NCBI RefSeq assembly: GCF_018350175.1 | Contig: NC_058374.1 | Span: forward strand, 139,996,001-140,060,000 | Origin: Felis catus | Lineage: Eukaryota | Reading direction: 5' to 3' | Length of the DNA: 64,000 bases | Shown here: in pieces, positions 1 through 13,133 of the stretch | Numbering within the stretch: the first letter of the stretch is position 1 | Layout of the letters: each line of letters begins with the position of its first letter | The notes under the pieces: generated by a model | The model's database searches: none | What the model was told of the DNA's origin: nothing | What the model saw: only the letters and a program-made list of their open reading frames with translations | Made by a program: the position numbers and the translations under genes

Positions 1-148
1 GAGAGAGAGGGAGACACAGAATCCGAAGCAGGCTCCAGGCTCCGAGCTGTCAGCACAGAGCCCAAAGTGGGGCTCGAACCCACGAACTGTGAGATCATGA
101 CCTTAGCCAAAGTTGGATCCTAAACCTACTGAGCCACCCAGGTGCCCC
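1..148 (-). mobile_element. Can-SINE (SINEC_Fc), cut by the window start
   Basis: Reverse complement of GGGGCACCTGGGTGGCTCAG...GAGCCTGCTTCGGATTCTGTGTCTCCCTCTCTC. Confidence 0.95.
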
Positions 149-499
149 CCAAAAAGAGATGTCTATAACTAAACTTAACCATTATCGGTGAGCTAGAGAC
201 TCTGCAATGGGAACTTGCTGGTGCACAGGTGCCATTTTGCTGATGGGACAAGTCAGCTACCTGCCTCTCAGGCGGGCTGAGCTCCAGGACGCCTCCCTCG
301 TCCCTCAGAGCACAGGGCTTCATCTGCCACTGGCGTTCTGGGGATAAAAATAAGAGAAAGAAGAGACATACACCAAAGGCAGGTGAAGGGCGTGGCTCCA
401 GGATAACTGCCCACCTTGCGGAGACTGAAACTCCTCAGAAGTCACTCGTGTCCCACAGACACCAGGGATGACCCCATCTGTCTCTAGAAACAACCGTGG

Positions 500-1764
500 G
501 ACAAACTATTCAGAAGCGATATTATGAGACAAGAGAAAACAATGGAAAACCAGGATCAAACGCCTTCTGGAAATAATGGCTGTGCTAGAAGCAGTAACAT
601 TTTAGGGAACTGACTGCCATCAGACGGTGGTTCGATCACACAGACCAAAGACCAGGGGAAGGCAATACATGATCGGTGTTTTTGAAGAATAACACAGAAA
701 AGCAAACACGTAAATATATAACAAAAGACACTTGCCCGAAGTAATGGGATACTTGAATCCGCAGATCAACACAGCCCAAGAGGAGATAACAGGAAAAGGT
801 CAACAGCACACATACCCCGAAGAGACGGGCATACCTCGGATGTGGTCTGAGGCTGCTTCAGGTAGGTGGGGAGATCCGGGCTGGACTCGGGTTTCCGCAC
901 AGCAACGACCGAGACGAACACGTTTCTAAACAGTAGAACAAGGTCTGTAAAGTTCGGAAGGAAAGACGGCAAACTGCCCTTCCAGGATAGAGATCAGAGA
1001 CAGACAGTTCCACATGCAAAAATCCAGAAAGGACAACGCCATCAACCGTTCTTCGGGAAGAAAAAGGCAGCCTGCAAAAACATTAATGTAAATAAGCAGA
1101 AAGGGAGAGACCAGAGTCAAAGCACTGTGGAGGCTGTGGTTGGATCCCAACCAGGAGGCATGGCTCGCAGTACAAACAAAATAAAAATAATTGCATAATA
1201 GAAATATGGGTGAAGTATAATTGTGCTAATTCTTCACTTTGATGGGAGAGAGCCAATTACTACCCTATAAATTTCAAACAAACACTTAAAAACACACAAT
1301 GGTTGTTTTTCAACAAGGATGTCAGACTACTCAACGGGGAAAATTTGTCTTTTGCTGGTTCAGTCGAGATGGCCACATGCAAAAGAACGAAGCCAAAGCT
1401 CACATTCACACTATATCCAAATATTAGCTGAAAATGGATCAAAGATCTGAATGTAAGAGCTAAAACTATAACAAAGTTAGAAGAAAAATAGGGACAGATT
1501 TTTGAGACCTTTGCTCAGGCAATGATTTCTTAGATACGTCACCAAAGGCGCAGCAATGAAACAAATAGTAGACAAGTTGTACTTTATCAAAATTAAAAAG
1601 TTTTATGTTTCTAACACCACCACCAAGAGAGCGAAAAGATCCTCAAAATTGAAGGAAATATTTGCACATCACATATCTGATAAAGAACTTGTATCCAGAA
1701 TATATAAAGAACCCTGACAACCCAGTAATAAAGAGATAAATCATCCTATTTAAAAAATGGCAAA
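500..1764 (+). mobile_element. Old L1 (L1M) remnant, ORF1/ORF2-derived
   Basis: A-rich decayed L1 text, e.g. AAATGGATCAAAGATCTGAATGTAAGAGCTAAAACTATA and CACATATCTGATAAAGAACTTGTATCCAGAATATATAAAGAA. The 5' boundary is approximate. Confidence 0.75.
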
Positions 1765-1985
1765 GAGGTGCCTGGGTGGCTCAGTGGGTCGAGCGTCCAA
1801 CTTCGGCTCAGGTCACGATCTCGAGGTTCGTGGGTTCGAGCCCCACGTCAGGGTCTGTGCTGACAGCTCAGAGCCTGGAGCCTGCTTCGGACTCTGTGCC
1901 TCCCTCTCTCTGCCTTTCTCCCGCTCACTTTCTGTCTCTTTCTGTCTCTCAAAAATAAATAAAATATTCAAGAAAAAATTTTTTA
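1765..1985 (+). mobile_element. SINEC_Fc
   Basis: tRNA-like head GGTGCCTGGGTGGCTCAG, CT-rich region, A-tail. Confidence 0.95.
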
Positions 1986-1989
1986 AAGT

Positions 1990-2575
1990 AACGAAGTGAT
2001 GATCTATGCTACACTCTGATTAAACTTGAAATACGACGCAAAGTGAAAAGAAGCCGGTCGCAAAAGACCGCAAATGTTTACGATTTCGTTGACACGAAAT
2101 CTCCAGGACAGGCAAATCTGTAGAGATGGAAAATATGTTTGCGGTTATCAGGACTTGGGGGTTGGAAGAAACGGAGAATGAATGGAGAGTTCATAGGGAC
2201 GGGACTCGTATTTGAGGTGCTAAGAATGTTCTAAAGTTAGATCGTGGTGACATCTTCACTACTTTTTTTTTTTTACATTTATTTATTTTTGAGAGACAGA
2301 GAGACAAAGTGTGAGTGGGGGAGGGGCAGAGAGAGAGGGAGACACAGAATCCGAAGCAGGCTCCAGGCTCTGAGCCGCCAGCACAGAGCCCGACGCAGGG
2401 TTCGAACCCACGAACTGCGAGATCGTGACCTGAGCCGAAGTCGGACGCTCAATCGACTGAGCCACCCAGGCGCCCCTCTTCACTACTTTGTGGACATAGT
2501 AAAACTATCTAATTGTATACTTTAAATGAGTGATTTTATGGTGTGTCGATTATATCTCATTTAATGCTGTCAAAA
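1990..2575 (+). mobile_element. L1M 3' UTR remnant (interrupted by a SINE)
   Basis: CTCCAGGACAGGCAAATCTGTAGAGATGGAAA...AATGTTCTAAAGTTAGATCGTGGTGA...GTATACTTTAAATGAGTGATTTTATGG. Confidence 0.75.
2264..2476 (-). mobile_element. SINEC_Fc with TSD TCTTCACTACTTT
   Basis: Full-length element; TSD copies at 2253-2265 and 2477-2489. Confidence 0.97.
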
Positions 2576-3329
2576 AGTACACAGTAAGTTCAATATCTTA
2601 ATGCATTTTGTGGCCCTCTTATACTAAAATGTGCACACATTTTTTTAACTAAAACCTCCTGTGAATAAATCTTTGTTGGAAATTCTTTAATTTCATTAAC
2701 TAAACTTCTCCCACATTAACTCATATCTGATAAATACGCTGCTTGCCATATGCTCACCACTGAGGGTGTCTACACATGTTCGTATTAATTCTCTTATCTC
2801 CCACAACTATCAAGAACATACCGCTCTTATTGTCCCCATTTTATAGAGCGGGCTACTGAGCCTGGGAGGGCTGTTCCTAGAAGAACAGGGCTGTATGGCT
2901 GGTGGGCGACAATGCCAGGACGAGAGCACGAGCCGTCTGAGCCCACGTCTATACTCCACCAGGACGAGAGCACGAGCTGTGTGACCCCATGTCTGCACTC
3001 CTAGCCCTACTCAATATTGCTTCTCCAAGAAAAAACTCTTTTATTAAAAACCAGGTGGGTTGAGGCCCATTCCATTTCATGACCCCATTCTCTCTGACTT
3101 ACGCACTTATCTGCCAGTCTGGCGACCGATCCTTCAATCTGTATATATCCATAGAGATAAGTCTAGAATAGCTTTCTCCAAATATTATCTGTGGTTATTT
3201 CTGGTTCTGAGAATTGTGGAATCTATGCTTTTTTCTCTGTCAGCTCTGAGTCACTTGACTGCCTTATAATAAACCTATGTCATTTTACAAAAAATAAAAA
3301 CTGTTGTTCTCTTAAAAAGAAAAGACCAA

Positions 3330-3790
3330 TGGAAAGATGGACACATAGATAATAGAGACATACAGATAATATATAGATAGGTAAATATAGAGATACAGGT
3401 AATAGACAGATACCAATGATGGATAGATAATAGATGGAGAGATAGAGAGATAAAGATAATAGATAAATAGATATGATAATAGAGAGTTAATAGAGATATA
3501 CAGATAATAGAGAAATAGATAATAGTGATATACAGATAATAAAGAGAGATAATAGAGAGATACAGATAATAGATAGATACCAATAATAGATACTGATGAT
3601 AGATAGATAGATAGATAGATATAATAGAAAGTTAGATAATAGAGACAGACACATAATAGATGATAGATACAATAGAGAGATATAGATAATAGAGAGAGAT
3701 AGATATGATAGATAATCGATTGATAGATGGATAAACTATGTATAGACAGGTAGATGATGACAGTGACTATAGACAGACAGACAGGGAGGC
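3330..3790. repeat. Degenerate (GATA/AGAT)n microsatellite block
   Basis: Repeated GATAGATA/GATAATAGA units over about 460 bp. Confidence 0.9.
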
Positions 3791-6155
3791 AGGAGGGTGA
3801 GAACAGAGACAGCTGAATTCTGACCCACACACAGATTCCCTGACTCAGAACCTGAACTGAGAGTCCGATGCTCCAGGTCTCTCCCAAATGACCCCTTCCA
3901 TGGCTCTGCTGACCACGCGTGGGGACCACTGACACAGCGGCTCACTCAGAAGCCAGGCGTCTGGAGGCCTGATGCCAGTCTTGAGTACACCGCGTCATAC
4001 CCACTCTGCAAAGACACGACACTTCACCTCAACGGGCTTCCGTCTGGGGACGGTTAGGAACCCTCCTGCGCTGGGAATCAGGCTCCTTGTCAGTTCACAG
4101 GAGTCTTTCCAGCTTCAGGGAGAAGCAACACAATCAACAACTGTGTGTGACAGCACATTCTACGTTCTTAATCTGTGTTTTTCTCTCTGGCTTTGTTTTT
4201 TAATGACTCCTTAATTGGCACTTCACGTCTGAACCACCCGGAGCACTCGATTTGGTTGCCCCACTGATGACTTCCTATCTTCCCATTAACTTCACTTCCC
4301 CATCAATTCTCTCGACATTTGATGAAAGCACTTCCTCCTGTAGCTGCTCAAGTCTAGTTCCATTTGTTCCCCTCTTGTAAATTCACACCCTCCTCTGAGA
4401 ACCCCAGCCTCCCTGTAAACCCCCTTAACTTATTTACCTACTCATCTATGCGTTTATTCATTTCTCATTCATTCCAGGTACACGGTGGGCCAGTCATGAT
4501 CCTAGAGGCTGGGAACACAGAGTCCTGAGTGGGAGCCCCATCCCCGGGTGTGTGCATGAGCCTAAGAGGTCACCAAAGGTGCGGCTACAGTGGCAGAAGC
4601 AGAAGCCGTGGGCGCTCTCGTCCGCACGATGGGGTCAGCATGTCATACGCCCGTCCTCGCCCACGCGGGGAGGTCAGTGTGCCACGTACGTGTCCTCACC
4701 CACCCGATGAGCCCAGCATGTTCAAGGAAACGCACAATGGTTTCCCAAGACGCTCACCGTCCAGTTGGTGGAGGGAAAATGGACAAACATGGATGGAAAA
4801 CAAAATCTTACCTTCATTTATCCACTTATTGGCTGCTGAGTGGAGCCGGGCTCGGTGTTAGGAAGACAGAGCTAGACAAGCACATTCCTGCTCCCCAGGA
4901 AGGTGCTCAGAGGCCACCCCGGGAGGCTATCGAGCAGAAATTACACACAACTAGGAGAGGAAGGAGGGGTCGCCTCCACCCAGTGGGCCAGGGGCCGTCC
5001 TAGTCAGATCTGCACAGATACGGAGGAGTTCCACAAGTCCTGTGAGGGGGTATTTCATGACATAGGAAGCATGTGGGAAAGGATGGAGGTCTGGACTTAT
5101 AGGGGGCAATCGGGGGGTCATCAGCAAAGTGTGGGAACAGCAGGCGTTCGTGGGTGGACCACAGGCTGGGGAGGGAAGCACGGAAGGTGGCAGGACCCTG
5201 ATTTTGCACCCAGGATCCTCAGTGCCCCCGAGGCCAGGGCGAGCCACAGCATCTCACATGGAGAACCCATGAGGTCAGACCTCCCTGTCTTCGCTGGGGA
5301 CAACCTGGGGCAGAGGGGCCACATAGCAAGTGTTGGCAGTGCTCCTGGTGACAAAGGCACCAACTGGCCTCGGGCGTGGGCAGGGGGGAAAACTGGAGGA
5401 GGGATGTGCAGGGTCACGTGAAGGGACAAGGCAGCTACATGAGAAAGAAGGGTTTCCAGAATGAACATTTGTGGGCTCGGGGTCACAGTAAGCCCACAAT
5501 AGGGAAACCAGGAAGCGGGGCAGTCCGCAGGATGTGGGCGTTGCCATATCACGAATGAGGTGTCCCAGACATCAGCACGGGGCCAGGTGCCGATAAGAGG
5601 AGTCACTGAGACTTCGTCAATCAATCGCTTGGATTGCAAAGCAGAAAGACACTGACGCCAGCTAAAGTGTCAGCAAATCACCGAGGGGAGGAGAAACTTG
5701 CCTTGTGTCCTAAAGCCCTTCCGAAGTGTCTCAGGGCAGGGAACACCCAGCAGGGGACAGCAGGGACCCTGGGCATTCATTTTTGACAAATCATGTTGAA
5801 GGGATGTTTTCCTGGATTTGGGGCGGTGATTTTTTATTCACTCTGTCTTCATTGCAAACCAACAACAGGACGGCAAGACCAACATCACTGCCTTTGCCCC
5901 CGGAATTAATTCTCTTACCGAAAACAAACCAAACAAGATGATGCCCGACGTGCCCACACACGGAGCGTGCTGGGCTATCTCGCCCTCCAGTGCCGCCCCG
6001 GGTCTGCGAGGTAATGTGTCCCCACAGCGCCCGCCCCGAGGCCGCCTGCTGGCCTGGGGCCTCCTTGGGGCCGCTGTGCCACAGCCCCGATGCCACGACA
6101 CCCTCCTCAGCAACCCCACCCCAGCCGCCCACTTTTCATCCCTGCAGCTTGAAAT

Positions 6156-6501
6156 GTTATGGCAGGAATAACCATATTCGTGAGGAAGCACCGTGTTCTG
6201 CCATAAAGCCGGATAAATACGAGATTAAATTAAAAGTTGAGAGCTCGCTTTGGTCTTTATGGCTAATTTATGGGCCCGGCCGCCCTGGCCCTTTCTGACT
6301 TGTGGGCTGTGATAGATGCCTGCGGCCCGCTCACGTTAGACGTCTCTTCTCCGGCGCGGACACCTTGACTTACCGCCAAGCCGCGGCACCGTCCCTGCGC
6401 ACGGCTGCACCGTGTAACTCAGCCATAAAGATGCCTCCCTGCCGGGTCCAAGTTCAGTGACCCCTTAGATTAAGCAGCTACAGGAAAGAGACATTTTATG
6501 A
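6156..6501. promoter_or_regulatory. Cluster of CDX/posterior-HOX TTTATGG-type motifs (candidate enhancer)
   Basis: GTTATGG 6156, CCATAAA 6201, TTTATGG 6256 and 6267, CCATAAA 6423, TTTTATGA 6494. Confidence 0.45.
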
Positions 6502-6722
6502 TTGGGGAACCCCGATCGCTGCGGCTGCTCAGGGCCTGCCTTGGCCACGGGCCGATGCCGGGGCCCCGAGAGCCCGATCACAGACTCCCCGGGAGCCTGG
6601 CACCAGCCTCTCAAGGTCGCGGGCTCCCCATCCTCTGACAGTTATAGTTTGCTCTAAATCAATCCACCCTGCCACTCTGGGTGGTGAACGCCTCAGGAGA
6701 TGCTTTGAAATGACTGCTTTGT

Positions 6723-6875
6723 GGGGTGCCTGGGGGCTCAGTCGGTTGAGGATCTGACTCCCAATTTCAGCTCAGGTCGGTGATCTCACGGTTCATGGGT
6801 TCGAGCCCCGAGTTGGGCTCTGCGCTGGGAGTGCAGACCCTACTTGGGATTCTCTCTCTTCCTCCCTCTCTCTAC
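6723..6875 (+). mobile_element. Can-SINE, 3'-truncated
   Basis: GGGGTGCCTGGGGGCTCAGTCGGTTGAG...GGGATTCTCTCTCT. Confidence 0.9.
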
Positions 6876-9756
6876 AGCCTTGCAGGGGTGTGCTCCCTAG
6901 ACGCAAGTCCTATAAGCAGGAGCCGCAGAAAAGCCACCCGCGCCCACCAGCAGGCACGGCAGCTTGCTGGGCACTTGCTGGGTGTTACCGTCACCCGGGC
7001 ATCGCCGTCCTGACCGTTAACGCCCTGCACGTCCTATGTTTGAGCTTTCCCCGGGCGTGTTTCATCAGTCTGGCTCACCTCCTCCAAGGCCGAGTGTCGG
7101 GGGGTCTCCTGTGTCCTTGAATTTGCTGGGTGACGACCAGTATCTCAGATGTGCCATCGTCCCGCCTCCTGCTGTTTGATGCACTTCGTGCATTACCTGC
7201 TCCTTGGAGGATGAGAAGGTGAGGGCTTTGCAGGCTCCTGTGGTCGTGCAGAATATGCAGGTGCGTGTTTCACGGAGGAGGTATGAGGGCGCTTCTGGAA
7301 GAAGTATCCGTAGGAGGCGAAGCCGCCGGGTCCCTGGGAGTGCAGGCTCCGCTTCAGTCCACGCCCACAGAGGTGTCCACGGCGGTTTTCCCAGCTGTGC
7401 CTCGTGCTCTCAGACACTGCTCCCCGTGAGCTCCAAAGCTCCAGAGCCACCCTGACCTTCATTCTCGAGCTATGAGCCCCTCCTGGTCTGGCCCTCCTGA
7501 GGCCTCGCCTCCCGGCCCGAACACGAACACCTGTCAGCTCTAACAGGGAACAAGGCACAGACGACCGACAGGGAACACATCAGCCCTCCCCGCCCCGGGG
7601 TGCGCGAACCTCACACTGAAAACATCCGCATTCCGGACCCGAGGCGGGCAAGTGGAAAGGACGGGCCGTGGAGCCGCAAAAATGCCCTGCGGATTCTGTC
7701 GCCCACCACGTGGGCAGTCCGTTTAAGTCTGGTAACGGAGCCCCCCAAAGCCCAGCGCCCCCAGAACAACACACGCCGACCGCTTCCCGCAAACCCAAAG
7801 TCAGTGGGTCTCAGCTGGGCTTTCCGGGGGTGCATTGGCTCCCCTGTCCTCCGGGACAGCTTCCCATGGAGGAGGTCGGGGAGACAGAGTGGGGGGGCAC
7901 CCTCCAAGACCTGGGGGTCGCCGCTGCTGAAATCCCACTGCCCGAAGGAGTCCCTACAGCCACAGCAGGCGGGGGCAGGTCTGCTCACAGGGGAGGCCAC
8001 CGCCAAGGGAAGGGGAGGACAGGGCAGGCCGTGGCGCAAAGGGAGACTTGGACATGTGGGTGGGTGGTGACGGCCAGGGTGTGGGGGTCCAGCCTCGCTG
8101 GACAGAGCAAGTCCCATCACACCCCGCAGGGAGAGGCGTGGCGACAGGGGTGGGGCCGAGGGCTCACGGGGGAAGCTTGGAGCTGCACAGAACCCCACCC
8201 CCCCACAGTGACCCGGGAGACTGAGCACGTCCAGGAAAATGGGTCTCCTCTTACACATCACACACCTTCTTAATATGCATGTCTACACTGCGTTTCATCC
8301 CGGACATCAAAGTTCCCGGTGCGCCGTCTCTGCTCTGAGGTTCAAATGGAAAATGTCAGACCGCGGCTTTCCTTCACATCTCCTTATGGCCGGGATGTGC
8401 GGGTTACCTGGCCCGAAAGCAAACAGGCATCCGCCCCTCCCACCGGCTCCTGGGGGCGCACGGCCCGGGGGCGCCTTCCAGCAAATTCAAAGGCAAGCGA
8501 GGATTTCAGCAAAATGTTGCCAGAGCTCCAGGAAGCTGCCCATCAGTGTCAGCTCATCAGGGCTCGAGAGGAGACCTGGGGAGGTGGCTGCCTTTCTACA
8601 GCTTTCAGAAGAAGGGCGGCCTGTGCGCTGTATCCTCGGGGCTGGGGCCAGGGGCCAATGCCCAAGGTCACGCCAGCTCCACGCAGATCTCGGCCGGGCC
8701 ACACTCCCTCCCGGGGGAGGGCAGGAAAGTGGACGGGCCACTTGTGGACCTCCGGGTACCCACGTCTATTGGAGAGGGAAGACTTCATTCCGATCAAATA
8801 CCCTAAAGTCTGGCTTGATCAATCCCTTTGTGCAGACAAGTCAACGGTGGCCTGAGAAGAGAAACCATCTGAAGACGGAGACGCCACTGGGTCAGAGCCG
8901 AGCTGTGTGTCCGTCCTTCCGGGGGGTCGTCCTGTCATCCCAGACACAAGAGGGGCCTGTGAATGTTCTCCGCCCACCTCATCAGAACGTGGATGGCTGG
9001 TGCCACAGAACCCTTGGCTCTGCTTCCAACTCGTGGGGGCCAGAGGATCAGGGCTGACCCCAAGACAGCGGGCAGTTAGAGCTCACTGGCGGAGACCCCG
9101 TGGCCAAGGTGCAAGGTGTTGGAGAGGCCATTTCCTGAATTCTTCAGGCAATGTCACTGCAGGAAGGGCAGGCTGGATGGGGGCTGAGGACCAGGGGTTG
9201 GATTTGGGGCCTTTCAGTACAGAAAGGGTCACTAAGTGAGTGATGCACGCCGGCCACCAGAGGTTGTCCCCAGAACCCGAGTAAGAATCAGCCTTGAGAG
9301 CAAACAGCGTCTTCTTAGAGGTCATCCTTAAGTAGCGGTGAACTGGGGCCTCCGCCTAGGGACACACATCTGCAAAGCAAAGGGAGAGAGGACATTTGCT
9401 CAAAGAAAGGGACTGAGATTGTACTTCTGAATATAATCTATTAAAAGAAAAAGATGAAAACGTAGATCATGTTTCCATGGCAAATGGCCACAAGACGAGA
9501 GCACGGTGACGTCAGTGTGTGCAGGACCAGACCCAAGGGGCCGGCGCGGAGGGTCCAGAGGGCTTCTGAGGGTCCACCCGCCCGTGCTCGGCCCCTCCCC
9601 CACGCTTCCCCTCCCCTGTGTGACCCAGGCCAGGACAGCCTCTGCAGGACGGGTTCCTGAAGAGGAACCCGACCCTCCCGGAGAAACCAGGATTAGTGCA
9701 GACACTGGGGTGCGGCTGGGTCAGGCTCAGAGACCTTTCAAAGCAAACACAGTGAG

Positions 9757-9985
9757 GGGGGCACCTGGGGGCTCAGGCGGTTAAGCGACCGGCTCTTGCC
9801 TTCAGCTCAGGTCATGTTTTCACGGTTTGTGGGTTTGAGCCCCGAGTGGGGCTCTGCACTGACCGTGGTGAGCCTGGTTGGGATCCTCTCTCTCTCTCCC
9901 TCCCTCTCTGCCCCTCCCCCACTTGTGCGCGTGCAGGCTGTCTCGCTCTCTCTCTCAAAATACATACGTAAACTTAAAAAAGCAG
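9757..9985 (+). mobile_element. Can-SINE
   Basis: GGGGCACCTGGGGGCTCAG head, CT region, A-tail. Confidence 0.93.
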
Positions 9986-10339
9986 AAATAAGGTGAAAGA
10001 TGGAGGGGCCCAAGCTGAGGACGTCCAACATCCCTGTGCTTCTGCGGGAAGGAAGAAATGCTACTTAACTTCAGGCTTGACTACGCCTAAAAATGATGAA
10101 ACATTAAGGATCACCACCCCAAAAAATTATTTAATAGAATGTATAACTTTTAAATCATCAACAAAAAGGGGGGAAGTAAAGACAATTCAATAAAACCAAC
10201 ATAAGGAATAGAGAAAATAAAACAAACAAAAACCATGGCCAACTCATGGCATAGACTAGAAAGGAAGAAAGGAAACCCAATTATTCAAAAATTTAAATCC
10301 ATGCAAGCACCGAGCTCACTAGCTAACATAGAAATTCCT

Positions 10340-10562
10340 GGGGCACCTGGGTGGCTCAGTTGGTTAAGCATCTGACTTTGGCGCAGGTCATGATCTCATG
10401 GTTTGTGAGTTCGAGCCCCGCATTGGGCTCTGTGCTGATGGCTTAGAGCCTGGAGCCTGCTTCAGATCCTGTGTCTCCCTCTCTCTGCCCCTCTCCTGTT
10501 CATGCTCTCTCTCTCTCTCAAAACTAATAAATAAACATTAAAAATTAAAAAAATAAAATACA
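10340..10562 (+). mobile_element. SINEC_Fc with TSD ATAGAAATTCCT
   Basis: Full-length element flanked by ATAGAAATTCCT on both sides. Confidence 0.96.
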
Positions 10563-10999
10563 ATAGAAATTCCTACATTAAAAAAAGAAACACCCCCAAA
10601 CAGGCATCTACTGAGTGCAGTTCACAAGCACTTGAGAGGCTGAAGTGTGGGGAGAGAAATAACACACACCAGGCCAAAAATTGAAAATAAAGCTCAGAAT
10701 AAGCTACAGTAAGCATATTAATATCGTATGAAATGGACCCTGAGGCAAAAATCATCATGGTGAACAAAGAGGGCTACTTTACAATTGAACCGCCGATGCA
10801 TGAGGCTGAGAGAACAATCCTGAATCCCATGAGCTTAGTAGCTTAGTAATATTACCTCCTTGACACAGAGACCACAGATGTGCCCAGAGTCATGGAAAAT
10901 TCTGAAACACAAACACATACCCCCTCACAGCAGATTTGAACAGACGTACTGAGCAAGACATCAAGCAGATCTGAAAAGACACAAGGACACAGAAGAGGA

Positions 11000-11197
11000 G
11001 TCGGCCCCCCACTTGCCTTTATAAATAAAGTTTTATTGGCACACAGCCATGCTCATTTACATGTTGCTGCCTATGACTGGTCTCAAGCTACAAGGAAAGA
11101 GGGACACACACCATGCACTTGTAGCAGAGGCTATACGGCCCTCAACGCTGGAAACGTTCACTGTCTGGCCCTTTGCAGAAAGAGTTTGCCACCCCGT
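11000..11197 (+). mobile_element. MER58A-like hAT-Charlie DNA transposon fossil
   Basis: AAATAAAGTTTTATTGGCACACAGCCATGCTCATTT...CTGGCCCTTTGCAGAAAGAGTTTGCCACCCC. Confidence 0.8.
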
Positions 11198-11919
11198 GAC
11201 ACAGAAGATTCCAAGAGAGTACTGAGCACGTCTGCTCAAACAAGCATAAGTCCGACTCCACCCAGCACTGTGAGTAACACACCCTCTTCCCGAGAAGACA
11301 CGGAACAATTACAAAACCTGACCCCTTTCCAAGTCACAAGGAAGTCTCGGAACTACTAGAAAATCAATATCCTACAAATCAAGTTCTCTGGCTGCAATTC
11401 GATGAAAATGCATTTCTAAATGATTTGTGGGTAAAAGGAGATATGCGAGTGGAACAGAGGGGGTATTTGAAACTAGGACGTCATGAGTCATGAAAATGCT
11501 TCTCTGCAAAGCTTGTGGGGTGCTGTCCAAGAGGCACTCGAAAGGAATCGCGTGCCTCCCCATGACAGCTCGACAAGGGGAAAGTGTAAAACTTAACAAC
11601 CGAAATGTCCTACTCCAAAAAATTAGAGAAATGACAAGATAAATCCAAAGGTAGAAGGGGAGAATAATTTGAGTAAACACATAGATGTGAGTGGAAAACG
11701 GGCCCCAGGGATACTCGGGGCGGGCGCAGCCAGGAGCCACCAGAGTCCGCAGGCACGGGCCTCTTCAGACCCGGGACGCTGCATCCCCGCGGGGTAGAAG
11801 GCACTCTGGGGTGTGTTGACCTTCAGGTATAACGATGGACCACTTTCTGTGGTTTTAAACGGGCCAAGAGTCTAAATTTGAGATGCAGCTGAATTCTGTG
11901 CACCCTGCAAAACCCTCCC

Positions 11920-12320
11920 GTCGAGGACTGGATTTTGTCTCCCCCCCCAAAAAAATACATTGAAGTCTTGATTCCAAATACTGCTAAATGTGACCTTTCT
12001 GGAAACAGGGTCTTTACAGAGGAAATCAAATTAAAAGGAAGTCATTAGGCTGGGCCCTAATCCAGTACGTCTGTCCTCATAAGAGGGAGCACTGGAGTCG
12101 CAGAGGGTGGGCGCCCAGAAGGAGAGGCGTGAGGGGTGTGCCGCATGGGAGCCCCGTGTCTGTGATGAGGAGGCCCCGGGCTGCAAACCACAGCGGAAGC
12201 CGGGAGAGGCACTTTGCCCCTAGAAGGTTCCGAGAGAGCCCAGCCTGCCGACGCCAGGATTCCGGACTTGCAGCCTCCAGGACGTTTTGTTGTTCTAACC
12301 AGCCAGTGATGGCGAACTAC
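11920..12320 (+). mobile_element. MLT1 (MaLR) solo LTR
   Basis: AATGTGACCTTTCTGGAAACAGGGTCTTTACAGAGGAAATCAAATTAAAA..GGCCCTAATCCAGT, typical of MLT1A-C. Confidence 0.8.
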
Positions 12321-12910
12321 TTGCACACCCCCCTCGCCTTGCTGGGCCTGAGTGTGCAGAGCTGGCTGGGCCGCCCCCCAGAAGCCTTCTCCTTTTTGCT
12401 GTTTTGACCCATCGGCCTCACCTGGAGGGCAAAGTCATCCCCACGCACCCCCCACACACACACACACACACTCACTGCCTTATTTGCACCGAACTGCTCA
12501 TCGCTGGGAGTGTTCTGAGAATTTTGCTTGCACACCTGCGTCCTCTGCTGGGAGGGAAGAGCCACGAGGGCAAGGATTGCCTGTCCCGTCCCTACCCGAT
12601 CCCCACTGTCTGAAACAGCGCCTGCCATTTGCGGAGAGCTCCGTAAACGTTTGTGGAGTGAAAACTAAAATGCGTGAATGGATACATGCTTCAAGTCCCT
12701 CTTTCTGAAATTAGAATGCCATGATCGTAAAGTCACACGGCACAGTAAGCGTCCTCAATTAGCTAAGGGGATGTCCGACGAAAAATAATACAGCCGTTGT
12801 CATCATCAACAACCCGACGTGGCTTCAAAACTACACACAGGGAGAGATGAGCATTTCAGAAATAGAACGTAATAAAGCGAGGAATTTAGTATCAAGCCAA
12901 GTAGGACTTT

Positions 12911-13133
12911 TTTATTTTTAAAAATTTTTTTAACATTTTATCTATTTTTGAGACAGGGAGAGACAGAGCATGAACAGGGGAGGGTCAGAGAGAGGGAGAC
13001 ACAGAATCTGAAACAGGCTCCAGGCTCTGAGCTGTCAACACAGAGCCCGACGCGGGGCTCGAACTCACGGACCGCGAGATCATGACCTGAGCCGAAGTCG
13101 GACGCTCAACCGACTGAGCCACCCAGGCGCCCC
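12911..13133 (-). mobile_element. SINEC_Fc with TSD TAGGACTTTT
   Basis: Full-length, low-divergence element with flanking direct repeat. Confidence 0.97.

Larger units (their letters stand above)
10060..11880 (+). mobile_element. Fragmented old L1 remnant
   Basis: A-rich decayed L1 ORF2 endonuclease-like text interrupted by a SINE and MER58A; boundaries approximate. Confidence 0.55.

Noticed and set aside
1776-1958. Recurrent MAQSVERPTSAQV... peptides and tRNA-like heads at many positions
   Set aside because: These are Can-SINE translations, not genes or real tRNAs.
2915-3001. 44-bp tandem duplication CCAGGACGAGAGCACGAGC...
   Set aside because: A two-copy local duplication within an apparent MIR-like relic, with no sign of function.
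3275-3935. Hydrophobic Ile/Tyr/Leu/Ser ORFs resembling membrane proteins
   Set aside because: Translation of the GATA microsatellite.
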